A DNA stretch of 64,000 bases from contig JAFCCL010000001.1 in the NCBI GenBank assembly GCA_017610205.1, forward strand, positions 172,327 to 236,326, in the 5' to 3' direction. The notes beneath the pieces were generated by a model. It saw only the letters and a list, made by a program, of their open reading frames with translations. It made no database searches and was not told the DNA's origin. How positions within the stretch are numbered: position 1 is the first letter of the stretch; every line of letters starts with the position of its first letter. Both the position numbers and the translations under genes were made by a program. This DNA comes from Candidatus Iainarchaeum sp. (lineage in GTDB: Archaea > Iainarchaeota > Iainarchaeia > Iainarchaeales > GCA-2688035). Shown here one piece after another: positions 37,663-46,873 of the stretch.

Positions 37663-38363
37663 ATGTTGGAAGAATTAAAGGAACGGGTTTGCAGCGGAAA
37701 CAAGGACTTGGAAAGGTATGGTCTGGTTATTTTCACCAGGGGTAATTTGAGTGAAATTGATTTTGAAAAAAAGGTTGTTGGAATAAAACCAAGCAGGTCT
37801 CCTTCGAAGCCCTAACTCCTGAAGACATTGTTTTGCTTGATTTGGATGGAAATCTTGTAGAAGGCGACAAGAGACCAAGCTCTGATACCCCAACACACTT
37901 AGAGATTTATCGCAATTATCCAAAAATAAAGTCAATTGTTCACACCCACTCAATCTTTGCAACAGCATTTGCCCAGGCATTGAAGGAAATTGAGTGCTTT
38001 GGAACAACACCTGCTGATCATTTTTTTGGAAAGGTTCCGGTTACAAGAAAACTCTTAAAGGAAGAAATTGTCAAAGACTACGAAGCAAACACAGGCAAGG
38101 TAATTCTTGAAACACTTGAAGAAAAAATGATTAATCCACTGCAAGTGCCGGCCTGCCTTGTTGCAAACCATGGTCCGTTTGTGTTCGGAAACTCTCCTGA
38201 GAATGCAATTCAAAACGCAGTTGTTTTAGAACAGGTTGCAAAAACGAATATTGAAACATTGAAGATTAATCCTGAAACAAAAGCAATTGACAGGTCCTTG
38301 CTGGACAAGCACTTTTTGCGAAAGCATGGAAAAAACGCTTACTATGGCCAGCGCTTACCATAA
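37663..38363 (+). pseudogene. araD: L-ribulose-5-phosphate 4-epimerase, frameshifted
   Basis: MLEELKERV...GIKPS, frameshift near 37795, then PSSDTPTH, VHTHS, NHGPF, KHFLRKHGKNAYYGQ; TTHAD changed to TTPAD. Confidence 0.85.
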
Positions 38364-38390
38364 AAAACCTTTCCCAATTAAACTAGTTGA

Positions 38391-39200
38391 ATGATTCTAG
38401 GAATTGACTTTGGAGCAACAACGACAGACGTTGTTCTATTCAATGGAAAAAGGATTTTGAGAAAGGAAAGTTCTGCAAAGCAACTTGGTTCAGAAAAGAA
38501 ACTGAATTCATTTCTCAAAAAAAAAGACTTTGCCTCAAAAAAAATAAGTGCAGTTGCAGTAACAGGTGGCAAGAACTCTTTCTTTAAGGGAAAAGTTCTT
38601 GGAAATAAGCCAACGCACGTTGAAGAGATTGAGGCAATTGGTTTTGGCGGCTGTTTTCTCGCAGGCTTAAAGCATTGCCTTGTTGTTTCAATGGGAACAG
38701 GAACCTGCATTGTTTCTTTTGACAGGGGAAAAGCAAGGCATGTTGCAGGCACTGCCCTTGGAGGTGGAACAATTGTTGGCCTTTCAAAAAGGCTTTTTGG
38801 AGAAGGAAACCCTGAAAAGCTTGGAAAGATGGCGTTGAATGGCTCTCTTAAGAAAATTGATTTGAGTGTTGAGGAAATTGTTGGAAAAGGCATTGGAATA
38901 ATTCCGGCAAAGGCTGCTGCAAGCAATTTTGCAAAGAATGGAAAGGCAAGCAAGGCAGACCTTGCCCTGGCTGTCCAAAACACTGTTGCTGAAAGCAATG
39001 CAATTATTGCTGCCTTGTCAGCAAAATACTCCTGCAGGAAAAAGATTGTTTTTGTAGGAAAGACTGCTGCATTCCCTGCAGTAAAAGCAACTGTTAGGCG
39101 TGTTTTGGGATATTATGGTTTTAAGCCAATTTTTTCAGGCCTTGGAGAGCACGCTACTGCAATAGGTGCAGCATACTGTCTTTGGAAAAAAAGTGCCTGA
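38391..39200 (+). CDS. Type II pantothenate kinase-like (ASKHA) protein
   Basis: GIDFGATTTD, AVTGG, VEEIEAIGFG, VSMGTG, GTALGGGT, AASNF, AIGA. Confidence 0.75.
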   Translation: MILGIDFGATTTDVVLFNGKRILRKESSAKQLGSEKKLNSFLKKKDFASKKISAVAVTGGKNSFFKGKVLGNKPTHVEEIEAIGFGGCFLAGLKHCLVVSMGTGTCIVSFDRGKARHVAGTALGGGTIVGLSKRLFGEGNPEKLGKMALNGSLKKIDLSVEEIVGKGIGIIPAKAAASNFAKNGKASKADLALAVQNTVAESNAIIAALSAKYSCRKKIVFVGKTAAFPAVKATVRRVLGYYGFKPIFSGLGEHATAIGAAYCLWKKSA

Positions 39201-39205
39201 ATTTT

Positions 39206-40435
39206 TTACTTTTGTTTTTTGAGCAGGAAAACATGGTCGTTTTTTCTGGCTTTTTCCAAAACCTTTAATCCAACTGTTTTTCCCTTTAGTGCTTTTTTTA
39301 TCTGTTGGTGATTTATCTCCATTGATTCAACAACCTGTTTTGAAAAAGTTGTTTTGCCCTCTATAAGAATAGTGTCGCCCAAAGAAATGGTTTTGAAAAG
39401 CCTTACTTCTGCAACCATTGCATTTGAATAAAATTTTTTAACCTTTCCAATAGGAATGCGCTTTTGCTTTTGGCTGCTCCCCTGCTTTTTTGCCAAATCG
39501 CTTTTACCTGGTTTTGAAAAGAAAAAGCCGTTTGAAAATCCCCTGTTAAAAACGTTTTCAAGCTGCTTGTTCCAGGAAGTAATTTTTGTTTTTGTAAAAG
39601 TTTTGTTTGCAATTGAATCAATTGCTTCCCTATAACATTTTGTTGTTACTGCAATATAGTGCGCTGGCTTGTTTCGTCCCTCAATTTTAATTGAATCAAG
39701 ACCTGTGTTAATTACTTTGTCCAAGAAGCCAATTGTTTTAAGGTCTTTTGGTGAAAGAATCAGGTTTCCCTGCAGAAGAATGTCCTTTTTTTTGTAATCT
39801 GGTGCAGCTCCGTCCAAAAAGAAAGCGCGTCTGCAGGGCTGAAGACACTTTCCTCTGTTTGCACTTGTTCCAAAAAGTTCGTGGCTGAGAAAACATCTTC
39901 CTGAAACAGAAATGCACATTGCCCCGTGAACAAAACACTCTATTTCAATATTTTTTACTGATTTTTTTATTTCTGCAATTTGCTTTAAGTTAAGTTCTCT
40001 TGCAAGAATAACTCTTTTGATTCCAAGCTTTTTAAATTCCTTCAAAGCAAGAGTGTTTGCAGTGCTTGCCTGAGTACTTAGAAACGGAATTAAACCGTGC
40101 TTTTTTACAAGTGAAAGCACTCCAAGGTCTGAAAGAATTACTGCATCAACCTTTTCCTGCTTTGCCTTTTTCAAAATGCTTTCAACTTTTTTTAGTTCCT
40201 TGTCAAAAACAATTGTGTTCAAAGCAAGATATCCTTTCACATTGTTTTTGTGCAAAAAAGCCATTAGCTTTTTTAGTTCACTTGGTTTGAAATTTGTTCC
40301 AAGGTCACGCATGCTAAAGCCTTTTACTCCAAAATAAACAGCGTTTGCGCCATTTTTTACGGCAGCAATTGCAGATGCAAAATTTCCTGTTCCAACCAAA
40401 AGCTCTGGTTTTTTTCCAGCAGGATGTTTTTTCAT
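39206..40435 (-). CDS. U32 peptidase family (TrhP/RlhA-like RNA hydroxylation) protein
   Basis: STQA, ILARELN, FVHGAMCISVSGRCFLS, NRGKCLQPCR, KIEGR. Confidence 0.9.
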   Translation of the reverse strand: MKKHPAGKKPELLVGTGNFASAIAAVKNGANAVYFGVKGFSMRDLGTNFKPSELKKLMAFLHKNNVKGYLALNTIVFDKELKKVESILKKAKQEKVDAVILSDLGVLSLVKKHGLIPFLSTQASTANTLALKEFKKLGIKRVILARELNLKQIAEIKKSVKNIEIECFVHGAMCISVSGRCFLSHELFGTSANRGKCLQPCRRAFFLDGAAPDYKKKDILLQGNLILSPKDLKTIGFLDKVINTGLDSIKIEGRNKPAHYIAVTTKCYREAIDSIANKTFTKTKITSWNKQLENVFNRGFSNGFFFSKPGKSDLAKKQGSSQKQKRIPIGKVKKFYSNAMVAEVRLFKTISLGDTILIEGKTTFSKQVVESMEINHQQIKKALKGKTVGLKVLEKARKNDHVFLLKKQK

Positions 40436-40586
40436 AATTAAATTAAACAGGAAAACAATTAATTAACTGACATTTAAAAAAAAATTCTTTTTGCTTTGAA
40501 AAAAAGCTTTTTATATTAAAAAAAAAGTCTAAAGTAAACAGATTTTTTATTAAATTTTTGGAGGCGAAAAAATAGCACTTAAACCA

Positions 40587-40811
40587 ATGGCATTTGCTAT
40601 GGCAGGCGGAATAATCTGGGGAATTGCAGTGTTTTTAATGGCAATAATTTCAGGTGACACAGGATACAGTATTGGTTTTGTTCATGCAATTGGAACAATA
40701 TACATTGGCGTACAACCAGGTATAGTTGGCGCAATACTTGGACTTGTTTACGGCTTTATTGGCGCTTTCATCGGTTGTTTTATCTTTGCATGGCTTTATA
40801 AACGTACTTGA
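40587..40811 (+). CDS. Small membrane protein
   Basis: Gly-rich TM helices ending FAWLY; start uncertain. Confidence 0.6.
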   Translation: MAFAMAGGIIWGIAVFLMAIISGDTGYSIGFVHAIGTIYIGVQPGIVGAILGLVYGFIGAFIGCFIFAWLYKRT

Positions 40812-40922
40812 AATCAAATGTATAGCACGAACTGCAAAATAAAAAATGCAACGCAGGCAAGTTAACAAGGGCAAAAAAACGCCCTTGCTTTTTTTGTTTA
40901 ATTTCAACAAAAAAAAAAAGAA

Positions 40923-41468
40923 TTATTTAATTTGCAGTGTTTTTCCAACGCTTTCAAGCTCTTCCTGAATAGTCTTGATTTCATTTTCAATTTTCTTTGT
41001 TTGCTTTTCAAGAGATTGCTTTGAAATAAGTTCCTTTAATTCAAGCAGTTGAATCTGCAAAACCATGATTTCTTTTTCAGCCTTTTTGTCAATATAATAA
41101 TCTTTAGCAACATGCATTCTGTCCCTTTCACTTGACCTGTTTTGAGACATTAAAATAACTGGGGCCTGAATTGCTGCAAGGCAGCTTAATGTAAGATTTA
41201 GTAAAATAAAAGGGTAAGGGTCCCATTTTTGAACAAAAAATAATTCAATGTTTAGTGCAATCCATACTCCCAAAAAAGTGAAAAAGATAATTATAAATCC
41301 CCAGCTTCCCATTGTACCAGTAAGCTTGTCCGCTGCCCATTGCCCAAAAGTAAGCCTGCACCTTGACCAAGGAGGCCTGTGATTCTTTGGCTTTTTTGCA
41401 GAATTGTTCTTTCCAACATTTCCAAAATCATTCTTTCCAGCATTTCTAACAGTATTTTTTCCAGACAT
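40923..41468 (-). CDS. DUF1003 membrane protein
   Basis: GSWGFI...DPYPFILLNL.LSCLAAIQAPVILMSQNR. Confidence 0.9.
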   Translation of the reverse strand: MSGKNTVRNAGKNDFGNVGKNNSAKKPKNHRPPWSRCRLTFGQWAADKLTGTMGSWGFIIIFFTFLGVWIALNIELFFVQKWDPYPFILLNLTLSCLAAIQAPVILMSQNRSSERDRMHVAKDYYIDKKAEKEIMVLQIQLLELKELISKQSLEKQTKKIENEIKTIQEELESVGKTLQIK

Positions 41469-41555
41469 TCAATGAAAATAGGTCTTTTTTCTATTTAATT
41501 CTTTTGGCTTGCAAAAGTCAAAGGCATTATAAACTTTGCTTGTCAAAATTTGTAA

Positions 41556-42092
41556 ATGATGAAAAACTTTTTTGAAATTTTAGGCATTGTGCTTGCAGTT
41601 GCACTTTTAAGCGGATGTGTACAACCTGAAGAAGGCGATAGCATAGACGATGAAAACGGAGGCAATAACATGGTTGAAAAAGTTGAAACAGGAAATAGCA
41701 TTTCGGTTGAATACAGAGGAACACTGGAAGACGGAACACAATTTGATGCAAGCGAAGGAAGAGGACCATTGGTGTTTACAGCAGGAGCAGGCCAGATGAT
41801 TAAGGGGTTTGATGCAGCAGTAATTGGAATGGGTTTGAATGAAGAAAAAACTATTACTTTGCAGCCATCTGAAGCATATGGTGAAAGTGACCCTAGCAAA
41901 ATTGTGGAAATTCCAAAAGCAAACATTGGTGATGCAAACAGCCTTGAAGTTGGAATGTCTGTTACAAGCAGTCAAGGAGTTAATGGCATTGTTAAAGAAA
42001 TAAAAGAAAATGCAGTAATAATTGACTTCAACCACGCACTTGCAGGAAAAAAACTTACTTTTTGGATAAAGGTTGTTGCAATCAAAAAATAA
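41556..42092 (+). CDS. FKBP-type peptidyl-prolyl isomerase (SlyD-like) lipoprotein
   Basis: LSGC lipobox; YRGTLEDGTQFD, GQMIKGFD, EAYG, DFNHALAGK. Confidence 0.9.
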   Translation: MMKNFFEILGIVLAVALLSGCVQPEEGDSIDDENGGNNMVEKVETGNSISVEYRGTLEDGTQFDASEGRGPLVFTAGAGQMIKGFDAAVIGMGLNEEKTITLQPSEAYGESDPSKIVEIPKANIGDANSLEVGMSVTSSQGVNGIVKEIKENAVIIDFNHALAGKKLTFWIKVVAIKK

Positions 42093-42138
42093 AAAAAAGC
42101 AAGCATTTAAATCCTTTTTTTAGGCTTTTTTCTTTAAC

Positions 42139-42222
42139 GCGGGAGTCCGATAGCGGTCAATTCGGCAAGGTTGAGGGCCTTGTGGCTTAGTGCCTTCGGG
42201 AGTTCAAATCTTCCCTCCCGCA
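42139..42222 (+). tRNA. tRNA-Leu(GAG)
   Basis: GCGGGAG/CTCCCGC stem, CAAGG-TTGAGGG-CCTTG anticodon arm, variable arm, TTCAAAT loop. Confidence 0.95.
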
Positions 42223-42281
42223 ATATTTTTCGTTTTTAGCAAAATTTAATAAACTATTTTGTGTTTAGATAATGTGATTAG

Positions 42282-42797
42282 ATGGGCTTTTTTTCAAATG
42301 TGTGGAATTTGCTTGTAAGGAAAAAGACCTTGCTTTATTTAAGAAAACATGTGCTTGCAGACCGTTCAGTTGTGCTTTCACACCCTGAAAAAATAAAGCT
42401 TGCTTTTGGAGTAAAAATAAACAGTTACACTGTATTAAAACCAGGGGAAGGGTGGATAAAGGTTGGAAAAAATGTTGTTATAGGAGAGCATTGTGTTTTT
42501 TATGGAAACAACGGAATTGAAATAGAAGAGCGCTGCATTATTGCTCCACAGGCCTCAATAATGGCTGGGGGCCACAAGTTGGTAAAAAATGGAAAACTTT
42601 ACTTTGAACACCCTAAAAAGGATAGGGGAATAAGTCTTGGAAAAAATGTTTGGATTGGAGCAAATGCAACTGTTTTATCAGGAGTGACAATTGGAGACAA
42701 CAGCGTGGTTGCAGCAGGAAGCGTTGTCACAAAAGATGTTCCGGTAAACACTGTTGTTGCAGGCTGTCCTGCAAAAGAAATTGAAAAACAGCACTAA
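42282..42797 (+). CDS. Hexapeptide-repeat acyltransferase
   Basis: VWIGANATVLSGVTIGDNSVVAAGSVVTKDVP. Confidence 0.9.
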   Translation: MGFFSNVWNLLVRKKTLLYLRKHVLADRSVVLSHPEKIKLAFGVKINSYTVLKPGEGWIKVGKNVVIGEHCVFYGNNGIEIEERCIIAPQASIMAGGHKLVKNGKLYFEHPKKDRGISLGKNVWIGANATVLSGVTIGDNSVVAAGSVVTKDVPVNTVVAGCPAKEIEKQH

Positions 42798-43022
42798 TCG
42801 TAACTGCTAATGGTTTTTCAATTTCTTGCAAAAGCTGAAATGCTGAATTTGTGGTTTAACTTACGAAAGAACACAAAATAGGAAAAACAAAACAGCACAG
42901 GATAAAAAATAGGACACGATTAAATCAGCTATTAAACGCATTACACGCCAATTTTCAGGGGGTGTTAGCAGTTACCCACTAATCCAAATCCTTTTATTCC
43001 AGTTAGGACTTCTTTTTTGCAA

Positions 43023-44156
43023 ATGGACCTGATTTGGACCTCAATAATGTTTTGCTTTGGAATAGGATTGCTTGTAAAAGGAAGCGACTGGCTTGTTGAC
43101 TCAGCAGCAAGAATTGCAAAACAGTTTGGATTAAGCAATTTTATCGTTGGACTTACTATTGTAGCAATTGGAACATCTCTTCCAGAGCTTGCAACAGCAG
43201 TTACAGCATCACTTTTGGGTGACAACGATCTTATTTTGGGAACCATTATTGGAAGCAATGTTGCAAACCTTGCTCTTGTTCTTGGAATTGCAGCACTTCT
43301 TGTCCCAATAGGCATTAAAAAAGACCTTTACAACAGAGACGGAACAATGCTTTTTATTGTAACAATTTTATTCTATCTCTTTTGCTTAAACGGAATTCTC
43401 ACAAGCTGGGAAGGTGGATTTTTTCTGTTTATTTTTATTTCATACGTCCTTTACTTTATTGCAACCAAAAGGCGCTTCAAAAAAGAATTTCAGTTCAAAA
43501 ATTATCTTGAAGAGTATTCAGATGTAAAAAGAAAAGAAAAATTTGACAAGGTTCCTGAAATAACTAAAAGCGTAAAAAAAGCGTTTCACAAACACTTGTT
43601 TGAAAAAATGATTTCGCTCGAAAACAATTTTTCAGAAATTGCAAAAAAAACACGCAACTCAATTAAAAGAAACTGGAAAAAGGCAGTAGGAAAAAAAGCG
43701 GCCTTTTTTTACTTATTCAAACAGCTTGGAATAATTTTAATTGGCGCAGCCTGTATTTTCTTTGGTGCAAATTTGGTTATTACAAGCGCATTAAATCTTC
43801 CAATAAGCCAACTTGCCATTGGTTCAGTGTTTGTAGCAATTGGAACTTCCCTGCCGGAATTGGCAATAACTGTATCAAGTCTTAGAAAAGGCCTGCCACA
43901 AATAATGGTTGGCAATCTTATTGGAAGCAATATTGCAAACATTCTTTTGGTTGGAGGAATTGCTGCAGTACTAAACCCATTAAATGTTTCAATTGGCGCA
44001 ATACAGCTTAGTTTTATTTTGCTCATTCTGATTACCTGGATGTTCCTTGTTTTCCTAAGAAATGACTCAAAAATAACACCCATTGAAGCTCTTACACTGT
44101 TACTGCTTTACTTTTTGTTTATAATCACTTCTTTAGGGTTAAGATTTGGTGTTTGA
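43023..44156 (+). CDS. Ca2+/Na+ antiporter (CaCA family)
   Basis: Two alpha repeats GTSLPEL...GSN. Confidence 0.92.
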   Translation: MDLIWTSIMFCFGIGLLVKGSDWLVDSAARIAKQFGLSNFIVGLTIVAIGTSLPELATAVTASLLGDNDLILGTIIGSNVANLALVLGIAALLVPIGIKKDLYNRDGTMLFIVTILFYLFCLNGILTSWEGGFFLFIFISYVLYFIATKRRFKKEFQFKNYLEEYSDVKRKEKFDKVPEITKSVKKAFHKHLFEKMISLENNFSEIAKKTRNSIKRNWKKAVGKKAAFFYLFKQLGIILIGAACIFFGANLVITSALNLPISQLAIGSVFVAIGTSLPELAITVSSLRKGLPQIMVGNLIGSNIANILLVGGIAAVLNPLNVSIGAIQLSFILLILITWMFLVFLRNDSKITPIEALTLLLLYFLFIITSLGLRFGV

Positions 44157-44212
44157 AAAAATCTTTTGGGTTTTTTAAATGATTTTGACAAAAATTAAAA
44201 CAGGGTAGTTGA

Positions 44213-44692
44213 ATGAAAATACTTATTGCATATTACAGCAAAACCGGTTCGACAGAAAAGGTTGCAGAAATGATAAAACAAGAATTTGAAGAAAAAGGAC
44301 ACAAAATAGAAATTACAAAAATTGCCCCTATTAATAAACTTAAAGCATACCAGTACAAAAAAAACGGAAAAGACCTTAAATTGAAAAAGTCAGTAGCAAA
44401 CGTTAAAAAATTCGATTTAATACTGGTTGGAACACCAGTGTGGAATTTTTGCCCCACCCCAATGGTATTAGCTTATCTTAGAAATTTAATTAATGCAAAG
44501 AACAAAAAGTTTGCATTGTTTGCAACCTGCACAGCTTTGCCAGGAACAACAATTCAAAGAATGAGCAGCATTCTTTTAACAAAAGGCGGCAAAGTAATAG
44601 CAAGCAATACCATCAGAAGTATCTTTCCACTGGATAGAAAAAAACTCGAAACAGCAAAAGAGTTTGCCAAGCAACTTTCAGCAAAGAGTTAG
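44213..44692 (+). CDS. Flavodoxin-family protein
   Basis: YYSKTGSTEKVA, GTPVW. Confidence 0.85.
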   Translation: MKILIAYYSKTGSTEKVAEMIKQEFEEKGHKIEITKIAPINKLKAYQYKKNGKDLKLKKSVANVKKFDLILVGTPVWNFCPTPMVLAYLRNLINAKNKKFALFATCTALPGTTIQRMSSILLTKGGKVIASNTIRSIFPLDRKKLETAKEFAKQLSAKS

Positions 44693-44708
44693 CTTTTTAG
44701 CAAAAGAA

Positions 44709-45488
44709 TTACTTCCCTTTTTTTGAAACCTGTTCTGCAAGTTCGTTTGCGATTTCAATCTGTCTCTCTGCATCAGTTTTAGACTTCTTTTTCTTTACCT
44801 TTTTCTTTTTATTTTCAAGACTTGAAAGTCTTTTCTTTAAATTACCCATTATTTTTGAAATGCTTGCCTCGTCATACAATCCTTTGATTTCTGCTTCAAT
44901 ATCTATAAGTTTCTGCTGCTTCTTTTGCACAAGCGACTGATAAGTTTTTACATCAATTTTTCTTCTAAGATACCTTTTTTCGGCAAGATCCATTTCCTTA
45001 ATAAGCGACCTTTTTTCGGCAAACTTCTGCTGCAAAATATGCCTTTTTTTGGTTTGCACAGCCAAAAGCCTTTTGTCAATCTTTTCCTTTTTTTCCTTGT
45101 TGTAAAGACGGTCAATTAAGGCTTCAACTTCAATCAGCCTTTTTTGCTTTTCCTTAAAAATTTTGTTAAAATCCTTTTCACTAAGTTTTCTTCGCATATA
45201 CTGCTTTTCAGCAATTTTAATTGCTGAAAGAAGCCGCTTCTTTTCAGAAAAAAGCTTTTTCAAAGAAGGACGCCTGTAATGAAACTTTGCCCAAACCAAA
45301 ATAACCACAATTATTGCAGCAAGAGCAATTGTTGCATAAAGCAAACCCTGAAAAATAAGCAGTAAAATTCTCCAAAAAACAGCTGCAAGAAAAAGAATTA
45401 CCACAATTGCAGCCAAAATCAAAGGATTTTCTTTTACAAAATCTTTTAACAATTCAACAATTTTTAAAAATTTAGCAGTTGTGTCCAT
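44709..45488 (-). CDS. Membrane-anchored coiled-coil protein with internal duplication
   Basis: Two TMs; repeated AEKxYxRRKI/L...Q.xLI.xEA.I. Confidence 0.7.
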   Translation of the reverse strand: MDTTAKFLKIVELLKDFVKENPLILAAIVVILFLAAVFWRILLLIFQGLLYATIALAAIIVVILVWAKFHYRRPSLKKLFSEKKRLLSAIKIAEKQYMRRKLSEKDFNKIFKEKQKRLIEVEALIDRLYNKEKKEKIDKRLLAVQTKKRHILQQKFAEKRSLIKEMDLAEKRYLRRKIDVKTYQSLVQKKQQKLIDIEAEIKGLYDEASISKIMGNLKKRLSSLENKKKKVKKKKSKTDAERQIEIANELAEQVSKKGK

Positions 45489-45531
45489 TCAATAAAAAAA
45501 GGCTTTATCCAAATAAAAAGCTTTGTGCAGG

Positions 45532-45714
45532 TTATTTTTTCCAAATGCTGCTAAAAAGATAGATAAGACCGCCTCCAAAAATAAGCACTGCCAAAAGAAC
45601 ATCAACCTGAACACGCCTTGTAAGAGCATCATAAATGTACATAAATGACGCAACCACAATAGCCAACGCAATTATTGTTTCAAAAGTCCTTGTTTCCTTA
45701 ACACTATCTTCCAT
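45532..45714 (-). CDS. Small two-TM membrane protein
   Basis: 60-aa hydrophobic ORF upstream of 44709-45488. Confidence 0.55.
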   Translation of the reverse strand: MEDSVKETRTFETIIALAIVVASFMYIYDALTRRVQVDVLLAVLIFGGGLIYLFSSIWKK

Positions 45715-45874
45715 AGTACTAATTTACCCTACAAGAATATTTAAATATTACTTTTAAGAGTTAATTAGTTAATTAGCAATTTTTGCCACAATTTCCACAA
45801 CTTTTTGCAATAGGCCTTTAAACAAAAAAAAATACAATTAAATTAAAGTGATTGCCTTAAAGAAATGTGATTAA

Positions 45875-46379
45875 ATGCTGCAACAAAAAATCATTGTAAG
45901 AAAAAACAAAACAGGCTACACTGTTTACACTGGGCACTATAGAATAAGAGTAATTATCTCTACTAGCCAAAAAAATCTTAATCATATTAATGCAATGGTC
46001 TATAAAGGCAAAGAATATCAGGGCTATTTCGAGGCAAGTGGAAGAGGAAACAGACTTGAAATATACGCAATTTATCCTGCTTGGAGGCGTGATACCAGAA
46101 AAACCGAGACAATCAGGGCGTTTGGAATGCTTGTTCCAAGTAGCGAAATTGCATTAAAAAAAGCAGGATTTGAAAGCCTTTTTGTTGAAACAAACCCATC
46201 AGTTGCAAAACTTTTTAAAAAAAATGGGTTACTCTGTCAAAGATCTTGACGGTGGAGAAATAAAAGCAGAAAAAAGCATTCTGAAAAAGAGACCTGTCTT
46301 TCCATATACTAAAATGCCTGTTACAAAAAAAATCTTAAAAAGCTCGCCTAGAAGGCTAAGAAAGCCTCCAAGGCCCTAA
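45875..46379 (+). pseudogene. Basic GNAT-like orphan split by a homopolymer frameshift
   Basis: Removing one A from the A8 run near 46216-46223 joins ...TNPSVAKLFKK to MGYSVK (GNAT-like N...LFxKxGY). Confidence 0.5.
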
Positions 46380-46418
46380 CCCAAATCCTTAATAACAATT
46401 CAGACCTAATTTTCTTAG

Positions 46419-46491
46419 GGGCCCGTAGCCTAGTGGATAGGGCATCTGCCTTCTAAGCAGAGGGTCGCCGGTTCGAATCCGGCCGGGCCCG
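46419..46491 (+). tRNA. tRNA-Arg(TCT)
   Basis: GGGCCCG/CGGGCCC stem, TCTGC-CTTCTAA-GCAGA anticodon arm, GGTTCGAATCC. Confidence 0.97.
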
Positions 46492-46558
46492 ATTTTAAAT
46501 AACCAAATAATTTGAATTAAAATGTAATAAACCGGATTAATGAAATGGATTGAATGCA

Positions 46559-46804
46559 ATGATTAGAAAAGCAAAAATGTCAGATGTTAAAAAAATAAAA
46601 AAGCTTCTTGAAATTTATGCAAAAAAAGAAATTTTGCTCAACAGAAGCCTGTTTAGTATCTACGAGTCATTGCGTGACTTTTTTGTTTTTGAAAAAAACG
46701 GAAAAGTTGTAGGCTGTTGTGCAATGCATTTCTGGAAAGATTGCCTTGATTGCCTGGATTTTCCAAATTGCTCCGAAATCGCAATGCAAAAGAAGATAAA
46801 ATAG
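46559..46804 (+). pseudogene. Short ArgA-like GNAT N-acetyltransferase with internal deletion
   Basis: MIRKAKMSDV...LLNRS...YESLRDFFV...VGCCAMH joined directly to the C-terminal WKDCLDCLDFPNCSEIAM; acetyl-CoA-binding core missing. Confidence 0.7.
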
Positions 46805-46813
46805 TTTTACATT

Positions 46814-46873
46814 AATACTTGGTTAATTGAAATAATATTTGGTTGATTAAAATAATACTTAGTTGGTTAAAAT
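46814..46873 (+). repeat. Three imperfect 20-bp tandem repeats upstream of argS
   Basis: AATACTTGGTTAATTGAAAT / AATATTTGGTTGATTAAAAT / AATACTTAGTTGGTTAAAAT. Confidence 0.7.
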
